This document shows positions 26,335-35,403 of a stretch of 64,000 nt of DNA, in pieces. The notes below the pieces were generated by a model. That model was not told the origin of the DNA. It did not search any database and worked only from the letters and a program-made list of their open reading frames with translations. Location: the IMG/VR virus record IMGVR_UViG_3300023179_000089, positions 1 to 64,000 of that record. One strand, given 5' to 3'. Position 1 is the stretch's first letter. Each line of letters opens with the position of its first letter. Origin of the DNA: a virus. The position numbers and the translations under genes were made by a program.

Positions 26335-26920
26335 CTTTACATTTCTAAAAGCATTTTTCAGTCCATTTGTAAGACCTAAAATTCGTTTATACATTGGTAA
26401 AACAGCCATAGGTACACCTTACTTTTTTCCTAGAAGATGGGTTAAAGCAACTCCAGAATTAGCCCATAAAGCTGTTGAGGATTACATTAAGCGTGAAGAA
26501 AATTACAACAAAGCGAATCCTAATTATGCTCGTAAAATAAAACCATATAATGAAGTTTATCAAGAAAAATTAAGGTATGAATATGCAATACCTAAAAAAA
26601 TAGGTTTTGATTTTGTTGATTTAGGTTGGAAAACTAAATGGAAAGAAACAGATTATAGATTTGAATGGAATCCAGTATGGTCATTTGTATTTTTTGGTTA
26701 TCAAATAGCTCTTACATTTACACCTGTAGAATCAAGTCATTATTGGGAAGCATGGTTATATTATACTAGAAATACAGACAAGTCTAAATCTACAAAAGAA
26801 AGATTAATAGATTGTATGAGCAATTTTTCATTAACATACACATCTTACCCAAGCGAAAAAGAAATAGATTATTATAAACATATACTTAAAAACAAATGGA
26901 AAAATTCAATGACAGAATAG
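26324..26920 (+). CDS. hypothetical protein, paralog of 23620-24204
   Basis: extensive shared motifs. Confidence 0.8.
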   Translation: MRNNFTFLKAFFSPFVRPKIRLYIGKTAIGTPYFFPRRWVKATPELAHKAVEDYIKREENYNKANPNYARKIKPYNEVYQEKLRYEYAIPKKIGFDFVDLGWKTKWKETDYRFEWNPVWSFVFFGYQIALTFTPVESSHYWEAWLYYTRNTDKSKSTKERLIDCMSNFSLTYTSYPSEKEIDYYKHILKNKWKNSMTE

Positions 26921-27300
26921 TATACAATGCTATTCAAACACCTGATGGTACTGTAATTCAATCTAAATACAGACATGATTATGTAGAATATACAGATAAA
27001 AATGGTCAATATTATATGGTTGATGGTGGTTTAGATTATCCTAGAAGAGGTTTTGATAAAAATGACTATATTGATTTGTGCAAATTATTTAAAGACTGTA
27101 CTTTAGATGAATGTACTCAATATTTAATGTGGGGTCAGAACTATGATAAAGACATGAATAAACTACCTGAAACAATATTTAAACCTATATGTGAATTAAC
27201 TACTGATCATATAGAAGCTATTATAAATGGTAATTACTGTAGTAATGAAATGTATTTGTATGTATTTAATTATGAATTAAATAAAAGACTTTGTAAATAA
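26896..27300 (+). CDS. phage hypothetical protein (VDGG.DY.RR type)
   Basis: SKYRHDY...VDGGLDYPRR. Confidence 0.75.
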   Translation: MEKFNDRIVYNAIQTPDGTVIQSKYRHDYVEYTDKNGQYYMVDGGLDYPRRGFDKNDYIDLCKLFKDCTLDECTQYLMWGQNYDKDMNKLPETIFKPICELTTDHIEAIINGNYCSNEMYLYVFNYELNKRLCK

Positions 27301-27391
27301 ATTATATAACTAATTGATAATTAATTCAATTAATTTACCAAAGAATTTGTTTCGTGTAGATGAATTACTTATCTTTATGTATAGTAATTAA
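27301..27391 (+). promoter_or_regulatory. early promoter cassette copy 8
   Basis: TAACTAATTGA...TTTACCAAA...TTTG...CTTATCTTTATGTATAGTAATTAA. Confidence 0.8.
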
Positions 27392-27399
27392 TAAAAAAA

Positions 27400-27681
27400 A
27401 TGATTAGATCAACAAGCAACAAAGGGTTCTCCCTTACTTTTGAAAATGGTTGGACAATTTCAGTTCAATTTGGTTATGGTAACTATTGCGATAACAAACA
27501 TCATCCCGATGGATGGGACTTTAGCAAAAAACAAGAAGTAACTCAATCTTCTGATGCTGAAATTGCAATTTGGGATGCTAATGGAGAGTGGTATAATTTT
27601 GATTCAGATACCGTTAAAGGATATTGTTCTGCCAATGAAGTAGCTGAATGGATTACAAAAGTATCTAAATTTAAACCTTAG
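27400..27681 (+). CDS. hypothetical protein (related to 32598-32915)
   Basis: KGFSLTFENGWTISVQFG...AEIA. Confidence 0.75.
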   Translation: MIRSTSNKGFSLTFENGWTISVQFGYGNYCDNKHHPDGWDFSKKQEVTQSSDAEIAIWDANGEWYNFDSDTVKGYCSANEVAEWITKVSKFKP

Positions 27682-27711
27682 TCTATTATAACAGTAATTA
27701 AAAAATAAAAA

Positions 27712-28866
27712 ATGACCAAACAAAAAATTTACGCAACCGTAATATCAGAAGGACGATTTATCAAAGCAATAACCCAGGAAGGCCTGGACGTATCTAATCA
27801 AATCGATCGTTCTTTACGTAGAAAAGCATTGGAATCTAATTTAGATTTAGAATTTGATTCTGTAGCTAATTGTTGGAATTTTGCAACTAGAAATACTTCT
27901 ATAGCCCCGGCTCTCGAAGAAGAGTTAGCAGAACCAAATTCAGATCACGAAACTATTAAAAACTTTATTCATAGTTCAGCAAGGCTGAAGCCGGCACAAT
28001 TAATGATCAGCGACTTGAAATGGAAATATCTAGTTCGCTCAGCGATGCGTGGAAAGAACATTATGATGACGGGTCCTGCAGGTACCGGCAAAACTTTGGC
28101 AGCGAAATATTTAGTGCAAGCCTTAGATCGCCCTGACTTCTATTTTAATTTAGGGGCTACGCAGGACCCGCGTTCCACGCTTATTGGTAACACTCATTTC
28201 TCTAAAGAGACAGGAACATACTTTTCAGAGTCGCTTTTCGTAAAAGCTATTCAAACAGAAAATGCCGTAATTTTATTAGATGAGTTATCACGCGCACATC
28301 CTGAAGCTTGGAATATTTTAATGACCGTGCTTGATGTAAACCAGCGTTATTTACGTTTAGATGAAAAGGACGGCTCGCCAACTATTAAAGTCGCTTCTGG
28401 TGTCTGTTTTATCGCAACGGCAAATATTGGAAATGACTATACTTCAACTAGAAAATTAGATAGAGCATTAGAAGACCGATTTACAACCATTGAAATGGAT
28501 CAGTTAAATGCCGAAGCTGAATTTGAACTTTTACAAATGAAATTTCCATTAGCGGTAAAATCGTCACTAAAAGATTTAGCTACAATAGCTGACACTACAA
28601 GAAAAGAATGTAAAGGATCTAATCCAAAATTGACTAACTCTTTATCTACAAGATCTTCAGTGGAAGCAGCCTCGTTGATATACGACGGCTTTTCGTTAGC
28701 AGAAGTAGCTGAAATTGCAATTTACCCATTCTTTAATGATGATGGAGGCGTTGACTCTGAACGTACTTTTGTTAAGCAAGTAGTGCAAAAATATTGCACT
28801 AACCCAATAGAAGAGTCTAAGAAGCCGCTATTCGGATCAGACGATATTGAAGATACTCCTTTTTAA
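27712..28866 (+). CDS. MoxR/CbbQ/CobS-like AAA+ ATPase
   Basis: GPAGTGKT, LLDELSR, ATAN, DRALEDRF. Confidence 0.9.
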   Translation: MTKQKIYATVISEGRFIKAITQEGLDVSNQIDRSLRRKALESNLDLEFDSVANCWNFATRNTSIAPALEEELAEPNSDHETIKNFIHSSARLKPAQLMISDLKWKYLVRSAMRGKNIMMTGPAGTGKTLAAKYLVQALDRPDFYFNLGATQDPRSTLIGNTHFSKETGTYFSESLFVKAIQTENAVILLDELSRAHPEAWNILMTVLDVNQRYLRLDEKDGSPTIKVASGVCFIATANIGNDYTSTRKLDRALEDRFTTIEMDQLNAEAEFELLQMKFPLAVKSSLKDLATIADTTRKECKGSNPKLTNSLSTRSSVEAASLIYDGFSLAEVAEIAIYPFFNDDGGVDSERTFVKQVVQKYCTNPIEESKKPLFGSDDIEDTPF

Positions 28867-28888
28867 TTATTAATTACTATATGGTGTT

Positions 28889-28912
28889 TAGGCTACTACT
28901 ATTAGTAGCCTA
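28889..28912. terminator. hairpin between the AAA and VWA genes
   Basis: TAGGCTACTA-CTAT-TAGTAGCCTA, perfect 10-bp stem; weak U-tract. Confidence 0.55.
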
Positions 28913-28963
28913 TCTCCATTTTGGAATTAAATATTTATCTTTTTATATTAAATTATTTATCGA

Positions 28964-31042
28964 ATGTCTAAACAGTATTCAAAATACGATTCATACAAAT
29001 ATCAACCCGTAAACAAGAAATATCAAAATTCTTCTTTTTGGCTTGGAAATGACTTTCTTGAAGGCCAAACTCAAATTAAACATGATATTATAAAATTAGC
29101 AGCGTATAAACGAGCAATATCTAACTTTGTACGAATAGTAACCAATCGCAGTGACATCAAAGTTTCATACTCGTCAGGACAACAATCTTACACTGACGGT
29201 AAAGCCGTTGTAATTTCATCGAAAATTTCCGACGGCGAATTTGATTGTACTGTCGGCTTAGCTTTACATGAAGGCAGTCATATTGCGTTAACTGATTTTC
29301 AATTTTTGAAAACTGCATTTAAGTTTACACAGTATGATAGACAAACCGAATTCGGTGCATTTATGTTAGATAATTTACATTATATAAAAGAATTAACTAA
29401 TATTATTGAAGACCGAAGAATAGACTATTACGTATACACGCAATCTCCAGGATATCGAGGTTATTACAATTCGCTTTACGATACATACTTTAATAGTAAA
29501 GAAATTGACATAGCATTAAAAACTAATTTAAAAACTTCAGGATCAATTGACGATTATATATTTCATATCTGCAACTTTGCAAATTCTAATCGACAACTCG
29601 ATTCAATGCCCGGGCTTCGCGAAATATGGGAATGTATAAATTTACCAAACATAAAACGTTTAAATTCTACATCAGAAGTATTTTCAATAGCTTGCGATGT
29701 AATGAAATTAATTTTAAAACATCAAAACACCGAATCTTCAAATCAAGAAACAACTCAATCTGAAAGCTTAGAGAAAGTTAAACTAAATCAAAATTATAAC
29801 GAGCATGAAGATCCAAATTTAGATACGTCAAATTATAATAACACTGAAATTAGTAGTAATGATGATTCAAATCCAATAGATTCGCAATCAAATTCATTGA
29901 ATTCGAATCTTTCAGATAAAGAGCAAAAGAAGCATGACAAACTATTAAATAGTCTAGAAAAAGCAATTAATCGACAAAAAGAATTTCTCAACGGAAATGT
30001 TAAAAAGAGTAAACTTTCAGCTGCTGAAAATGCAAAAGTTAACGCTGCAGCTGAATCTTCTATTTCTATAGAAAATGTCGGAGGATCGGTCATTAATGAA
30101 CAAAAAGACGGATCTAAGAAAGAAATAAACAAAGGTACCGCACAATGCATTGTAATTCGTGGTATTACGCAATCAGGAATAGATAGTAATTTATATGGAT
30201 GCAATTACAGGCCAGAAGAAAAGAATTACAATCCAATTTCTGAAGGTATTGCTTTAGGAACTATGTTAGGAAAGAGATTGAAAACGCGAGATGAAAATCG
30301 AACTTTAACTAGTACTCGAGCAGAACATGGTCGTATTGATCGACGTCTGTTAGCCGAACTAGGTTTTGGGAATGACCGCGTTTTTCAAAATACCACTCAT
30401 TATCAAGTAACGCCTGGTTTAGTACATATTTCTATTGACGGGTCTGGATCAATGTCAGGTAGCAAATGGGACGCTGCAATTAAATCAACTATCGCAATTT
30501 GTAAAGCGGCTACGATGATTTCTTCAATTAACGTAATTGTATCTGTAAGATCAACTATACATTACGGTTCACAATTTCAGCCGCTGATGTGGATAGTTTA
30601 TGACTCTAGAAAAGATAAATTGGTTACGTTTTGTAAACACGCAGCGAATTTAATTCCGGCCGGGTCTACGCCTGAAGGATTATGCTTTCAATCAATTACA
30701 TCTGAAATTATAAAAGATTCTAATGGGAAAGCTGCATTTTTTATTAATCTATCTGACGGAGAACCGTCATTTGTAAATAACCGAATAAATTATAACGGAA
30801 CCTATGCACTATTACATACAAAAAATCAAGTTGATAGTTTAAGAAAACATAACATTCACGTTCAATCTTATTTTATATATAACAAGTATCGAGATGATTG
30901 GTCAATATCCGATTTCGCGCAAACTTCTTCAGCTAACAATTTTCGTACAATGTATGGGTCTGACTCAAAATTTATTGACGTAACTAATCTATCGCATTTA
31001 GCAAATTCATTAAATGATTTGTTTGTGCGCGGAATTGAATAA
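28964..31042 (+). CDS. VWA-domain protein with an N-terminal HExxH domain (MoxR partner, CobT-like)
   Basis: ALHEGSH, NIIEDRRID, GRIDRR, MIDAS DGSGS, LSDGEP. Confidence 0.85.
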   Translation: MSKQYSKYDSYKYQPVNKKYQNSSFWLGNDFLEGQTQIKHDIIKLAAYKRAISNFVRIVTNRSDIKVSYSSGQQSYTDGKAVVISSKISDGEFDCTVGLALHEGSHIALTDFQFLKTAFKFTQYDRQTEFGAFMLDNLHYIKELTNIIEDRRIDYYVYTQSPGYRGYYNSLYDTYFNSKEIDIALKTNLKTSGSIDDYIFHICNFANSNRQLDSMPGLREIWECINLPNIKRLNSTSEVFSIACDVMKLILKHQNTESSNQETTQSESLEKVKLNQNYNEHEDPNLDTSNYNNTEISSNDDSNPIDSQSNSLNSNLSDKEQKKHDKLLNSLEKAINRQKEFLNGNVKKSKLSAAENAKVNAAAESSISIENVGGSVINEQKDGSKKEINKGTAQCIVIRGITQSGIDSNLYGCNYRPEEKNYNPISEGIALGTMLGKRLKTRDENRTLTSTRAEHGRIDRRLLAELGFGNDRVFQNTTHYQVTPGLVHISIDGSGSMSGSKWDAAIKSTIAICKAATMISSINVIVSVRSTIHYGSQFQPLMWIVYDSRKDKLVTFCKHAANLIPAGSTPEGLCFQSITSEIIKDSNGKAAFFINLSDGEPSFVNNRINYNGTYALLHTKNQVDSLRKHNIHVQSYFIYNKYRDDWSISDFAQTSSANNFRTMYGSDSKFIDVTNLSHLANSLNDLFVRGIE

Positions 31043-31050
31043 TTCAAATA

Positions 31051-31527
31051 ATGAAACGAACTACATCAGATGAAGAGCGACGCCAATTGCTCGCGACGCA
31101 ACAGTATTTGCTAGAATATATTTATTCAATGAATTTTGAAGTTAATTTACGGTCGTCATGGTTTGCAATCTTTCCGGAAGAGCAATTAATAACTTGCAAC
31201 GTACGTTGTCGAAACGAATGGTTAAAAACTATTTCTATTGCACATGAAGCGGGGCATATTACTGCAACTCGTCCTCGATACATGAAGTCATGGAGAAAAT
31301 GTAAAACTGCAGTGCATACTGCTATTCTTCATGAAGAATGGGCTGCTTGGGAACATGGTTGGACGTTGATTGACGAATGGCAAAAACAATCCAATATATT
31401 TACGCACAATTTTTATAACACTCTTCAAACTGAATATTGGAAATGTGCACGAATTTCATGGAACAAATACATACAATACATTGCATCTGCGCCGACAACG
31501 GACGCGCTTGTAAATGCTTATTGGTAA
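31051..31527 (+). CDS. HExxH metallopeptidase-like protein
   Basis: AHEAGH...EEWAAW. Confidence 0.65.
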   Translation: MKRTTSDEERRQLLATQQYLLEYIYSMNFEVNLRSSWFAIFPEEQLITCNVRCRNEWLKTISIAHEAGHITATRPRYMKSWRKCKTAVHTAILHEEWAAWEHGWTLIDEWQKQSNIFTHNFYNTLQTEYWKCARISWNKYIQYIASAPTTDALVNAYW

Positions 31528-31529
31528 AT

Positions 31530-31619
31530 TTATATAACTAATTGATATTCAATGTAATTAATTTACCAAAAAATTTGGTTCGTGTAGAACAATTACTTAT
31601 TTTTATGTATAGTAATTAA
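31530..31619 (+). promoter_or_regulatory. early promoter cassette copy 9
   Basis: ATTGATATTCAAT, ACCAAA-N3-TTTGGT, CTTATTTTTATGTATAGTAATTAA. Confidence 0.8.
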
Positions 31620-31628
31620 ATAATAAAA

Positions 31629-31883
31629 ATGACATCAGTAATTTCAAAATCTCAAGTAGTTGAGTTTCTAAATGCAAAATGCAAAACAACTGCCGCTCAT
31701 GTAATTGACGGAATAAAAAATGTTGTTTTTCTAAAAGAAATAGAAGGAGAATTTATTTTCATACATGATATGTGTAATCTGTTGACCAAGTCACTTACCG
31801 ACGATATAGAATGTAATATCATTCAATTTATGGTCGACGAAGATCAACTAATTTCTGAAATTAATCTTTACATTAACAAATAA
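31629..31883 (+). CDS. hypothetical protein
   Basis: follows the promoter. Confidence 0.65.
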   Translation: MTSVISKSQVVEFLNAKCKTTAAHVIDGIKNVVFLKEIEGEFIFIHDMCNLLTKSLTDDIECNIIQFMVDEDQLISEINLYINK

Positions 31884-31894
31884 TAAATAATAGT

Positions 31895-32023
31895 ATGACT
31901 CACGCAATTCAAACCTTAAAAGATGCTTTTCGTAACGACCCTGTAGAGTTTTCAAAAGCAATAGTATTTTTACTAGTAATGAGTGTATTTACATATTTAT
32001 CTTTAGTTATTGCTGCTATATAA
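31895..32023 (+). CDS. 42-aa membrane peptide (not in ORF track)
   Basis: MTHAIQTLKDAFRNDPVEF plus TM. Confidence 0.55.
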   Translation: MTHAIQTLKDAFRNDPVEFSKAIVFLLVMSVFTYLSLVIAAI

Positions 32024-32024
32024 T

Positions 32025-32516
32025 ATGCGTTATTGTAATAATTGTAATCAACCTATTCCGGTGCAACGACTTAAAGTAGTACCGACAACAGAAACTTGTG
32101 TATCTTGCTCTAATGTCAATCGACTATCAGCAATTCCAGTTATTCATCATAAAACAGGAAATGAAATACAAATCGTAAAAGACCCAGAAGTAGCAAAAGA
32201 ATTTTACCGACTGTCGTCGCGTGTTGGGTTTGGTTGTCTCCGAGGTCTGAAATCAGGAAAATCAAGCTCGAGTCAAGTAAAAAAATATTCGACAGCTCCG
32301 ACAACAAAACTTTCTTTAGGAATGGCATCAAGAAATATGTTTGAAGAGTTAGGCACTAAAATAATGAATACTTTTGACTATGCAGGGGCGTCAGCAGCAA
32401 AATCTCAAGCTCAGGAATATTTAGACACTAGACTAATAGATAGAAACCAATTTAATAAATTAATTACTATAATCGACGCGTGTATTGTGTCAAAAGCTCC
32501 AATGGAGCAGCGCTAA
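32025..32516 (+). CDS. DksA/TraR-type C4 zinc-finger protein
   Basis: CNNC.QPIP..RL.VVP....CVSC. Confidence 0.7.
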   Translation: MRYCNNCNQPIPVQRLKVVPTTETCVSCSNVNRLSAIPVIHHKTGNEIQIVKDPEVAKEFYRLSSRVGFGCLRGLKSGKSSSSQVKKYSTAPTTKLSLGMASRNMFEELGTKIMNTFDYAGASAAKSQAQEYLDTRLIDRNQFNKLITIIDACIVSKAPMEQR

Positions 32517-32550
32517 AACTTAAGGTTTAAGGGGTTAGGCCTAAGTTTAT

Positions 32551-32584
32551 AAGGGAGGTTGAAATAATACCTCCCTTTTTTTTT
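32551..32584 (+). terminator. intrinsic terminator
   Basis: AAGGGAGGT...ACCTCCCTT then T-run. Confidence 0.85.
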
Positions 32585-32597
32585 AAACATTAATGTA

Positions 32598-32915
32598 ATG
32601 AATATTATCAATCATTCGCCTTTAATAAAAATTTTCGGAAATGGATTTCAAATAACATTTCCAAATCGGTATTCAATCGTCGTAAAAAACGGGCCAGGTG
32701 CAAAATGTACTCAACCTGATAAATTAAATGACGACCCCGCTTCAATGATTATGGCAGCAAGATTTGGAGGAACTCAATCTCCAGATTGTGAAGTTGAAAT
32801 TTACAATGCAAAAAAAGAAAATGTATCTTTAAATTTCGGAGAAGAAATAAGCTTATCAAATATTTCTCCGTTTCAATTAGCAAATTTATTTTACATTATT
32901 TCAGGACTTAAATAA
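32598..32915 (+). CDS. hypothetical protein
   Basis: GFQITFPNRYSIV, similar to 27400. Confidence 0.65.
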   Translation: MNIINHSPLIKIFGNGFQITFPNRYSIVVKNGPGAKCTQPDKLNDDPASMIMAARFGGTQSPDCEVEIYNAKKENVSLNFGEEISLSNISPFQLANLFYIISGLK

Positions 32916-32918
32916 ACA

Positions 32919-33365
32919 ATGAACCGTTTTGTCGACAATCAAATCTTTAAAAATTTTCTCGAATGTTCTGAACAAGAACAAACATTGGTATTAAAAACAA
33001 TTTCAGAAAACGTATGGAGTTTTAATGATGAGTTGCGTGGTATAGATTTTAATATAGAAAGTTATTATGAACGCAGAATAGCGGATCGCGACCCGAATAT
33101 AACATGGCCAAAGAATCTTTCAAAAAAAGAACGAGTTTTATGTAAAATTACTTTACTAACAAAACTATTGCGTAACTGTAGCTCATCTAATACTGATAAT
33201 GACTACATTTACCATTGGTGTAGTAACTTTGTTTATTCTATAAAAAATAACATTTTCAAACCTAAAGATAGCACCTGGAAAGGATTATCGAAAATAGAAG
33301 CTTTAATATTAAACAGTATTTATGAATCTTTAACTCGTTGTTACCGACAACAAATTGTTTTTTAA
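32919..33365 (+). CDS. hypothetical protein
   Basis: ORF in operon. Confidence 0.65.
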   Translation: MNRFVDNQIFKNFLECSEQEQTLVLKTISENVWSFNDELRGIDFNIESYYERRIADRDPNITWPKNLSKKERVLCKITLLTKLLRNCSSSNTDNDYIYHWCSNFVYSIKNNIFKPKDSTWKGLSKIEALILNSIYESLTRCYRQQIVF

Positions 33366-33420
33366 AAATTATTTTGTACATTCAAAAGAATTTCTTATAT
33401 TTAATAAATCAATAAATAAT

Positions 33421-33621
33421 ATGTATTACATCGCAAAAGTAAAACTCGAATTCGAGACTGACAAAGGTCAGCTAAAGAAAAAAACAGAAACTTATTTAGT
33501 TCAGGCAGAGTCCGTCACAGACGCGGAAGCTATCGTACACACAAAATTTTCCGATTGGAAGTATGAATTTGAAGTTAAATCAGTATCTCAATCAAATATT
33601 TTAGACGTTTATTCAGTATAA
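33421..33621 (+). CDS. DUF4494-like protein
   Basis: YIAKVK...KKKTETYLVQAESVTDAEA...SNILDV; promoter at 33373-33403. Confidence 0.7.
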   Translation: MYYIAKVKLEFETDKGQLKKKTETYLVQAESVTDAEAIVHTKFSDWKYEFEVKSVSQSNILDVYSV

Positions 33622-33622
33622 T

Positions 33623-33997
33623 ATGGCTCGTATCAAAAAAAGATTTTCGACTAATCAAGTCGTAGTATTTCGGTTCAGTGACCGTAAAATGGTAGGTCGC
33701 GTTGTAATGGTAAGACCTATAGGTAAAATTTTCAATTACGATGTACTGGCAGAAGACGGTAAAATTTATGAAGAATTAGCCGTTGATTCAAATATGAATC
33801 ATAGTATAGATACTTATTTAACAAGACTGTTTTATAGAAAGTATAACATTAGCGAATCAGAAATTCCGGTTACGGCAGTAAATGTACCAGAAATTGATCC
33901 TTCTCAATATTTACAAGAGAGTAGTATCATATCAGATGACTACCGGCCGGATATGTCGAAATTTGCGGATCAATCTTTTAATGAATTAGAAGATTGA
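33623..33997 (+). CDS. hypothetical protein
   Basis: ORF upstream of tmRNA. Confidence 0.7.
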   Translation: MARIKKRFSTNQVVVFRFSDRKMVGRVVMVRPIGKIFNYDVLAEDGKIYEELAVDSNMNHSIDTYLTRLFYRKYNISESEIPVTAVNVPEIDPSQYLQESSIISDDYRPDMSKFADQSFNELED

Positions 33998-34003
33998 TTC
34001 ATT

Positions 34004-34390
34004 GGGGGCGAATGGTATAGATTGACAGAATAGTTCTTTGAGATGATGCACGCAGTGCTAGTATTGGAAGCACTTAAATATCCTATATAACGAATAACTG
34101 GAAACGAAATCTCTGATTTCACTTACGAAGACGCTATGGCGTTCGTAAGCGGCGAATATGCTTTAGCAGCTTAATTGCCAACGGGTCGGCGCACATATAA
34201 CCTAGGAACAGAAGTGAATGGATTGGTGAAAAAACAATTGAACCTTAAATCGAATTGTCCATTGGTTGTTAGTTTACGATGGCTGAAGAACAAACTAAAT
34301 ATTTTGAGTCGTTAGAAAATGACATCTAAGCGTGTGAATGAGTCCTTAAATTGTCTGGGCAAGACGAGGGTTCGACTCCCTCCGCCTCCA
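34004..34390 (+). ncRNA. ssrA: tmRNA
   Basis: GGGGGCG/CGCCTCC-A acceptor stem with G3.U70, T-arm GAGGG-TTCGACT-CCCTC, tag ORF 34100-34174 GNEISDFTYEDAMAFVSGEYALAA*. Confidence 0.92.
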
Positions 34391-34428
34391 CTAATTCACG
34401 GAGTATTAACCTTTAAATTGAATCGAAT

Positions 34429-34596
34429 ATGAAAAAGATCTTTTTCTTGTTTGTAACAATTTCATTGCTAACGAGCTGTACAACCAGCAGTACAGAGCAA
34501 CTTTCAACCGCAGATTCTTGCGTAGTTGAAACCGTTGCAGCTGATACAACTGTATCAGACTCGATAGCAGTAGTTGCTACTGACACTGTAAAGTAA
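34429..34596 (+). CDS. small lipoprotein (55 aa, not in ORF track)
   Basis: MKKIFFLFVTISLLTSC lipobox; D-S/T-rich tail. Confidence 0.75.
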   Translation: MKKIFFLFVTISLLTSCTTSSTEQLSTADSCVVETVAADTTVSDSIAVVATDTVK

Positions 34597-34607
34597 AATG
34601 TAAAATT

Positions 34608-34699
34608 TCGAACGGTGCACAAGAAGTGCAAGCCTAACGTGAGGTTGTGAAAGGAAACGTAAACTTCCTTAACTTCGGTAAAAGTCCGACCCGCATCGA
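34608..34699 (+). ncRNA. candidate multi-stem structured RNA
   Basis: outer TCGA-CGG/CCG-TCGA enclosing TGCAC/GTGCA, AGCCT/AGGTT, AAGGAA/TTCCTT, TCGG/CCGA. Confidence 0.5.
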
Positions 34700-34714
34700 T
34701 TTAATTGTTATTAA

Positions 34715-35122
34715 ATGAAATTTACTCATGGTTATCAAGGATATGAACTATATCCTGAATTAGATGAGCATCAGCGTTGTTGTAATAACGGTTGCTCGTT
34801 TCCTAGAAGAAAAACTGGTGCTAATAAAACTGCTTACGTTTTAGCCCCTGTATGTATACATTGTTTTCATGCAGCTATTGAACCTCCGAGGCATGGTTAT
34901 CGAGACGGAGTTACTGCTATCAAAAAAGACTTTTGTGAAAATAGAGATGGTCGTTTAGGATTTAATTGCACTGCAACGATCATACATCGTCGTCAGTTAG
35001 ATTTAGATCATATCGACGGAAATCACGATAATAACATTCCAGAAAATTTGCAGACTATATGCAAAAACTGCCATGCACAAAAAACTTGGGCAGATCGAAA
35101 TCATATTAAATCTATAAAATGA
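34715..35122 (+). CDS. HNH endonuclease
   Basis: LDLDHIDGNHDNNIPENLQTICKNCHAQK. Confidence 0.88.
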   Translation: MKFTHGYQGYELYPELDEHQRCCNNGCSFPRRKTGANKTAYVLAPVCIHCFHAAIEPPRHGYRDGVTAIKKDFCENRDGRLGFNCTATIIHRRQLDLDHIDGNHDNNIPENLQTICKNCHAQKTWADRNHIKSIK

Positions 35123-35403
35123 GCTTATTACAAAATCTTAAAGAAAATCAATTTCCTTGTTTGGAATTACTAAATTTTGAAGGTCCGGTGCTAACAGCGA
35201 TTAAGGTAGAAAATAATTTTGTTATTATCGATCAATGGAACAAACTTTGTAGTATACTTACGTTTGATCAGATGCTTCATTTTATTTACGAGTATAATTC
35301 AATTACTGACTCAAGCGGAAAGAAATGGATTTATCCTAAAGAATCTAAAGAAGCAAAACCAAAAGAAGAAATACTATTAGACTTTTTATCATTTAAAAAT
35401 TAA
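35119..35403 (+). CDS. hypothetical protein
   Basis: ORF in operon. Confidence 0.65.
   Translation: MSLLQNLKENQFPCLELLNFEGPVLTAIKVENNFVIIDQWNKLCSILTFDQMLHFIYEYNSITDSSGKKWIYPKESKEAKPKEEILLDFLSFKN

Noticed and set aside
34715-35122. IscB/Cas9-like RNA-guided nuclease
   Set aside because: Only 135 aa, with no RuvC motifs or PLMP domain.
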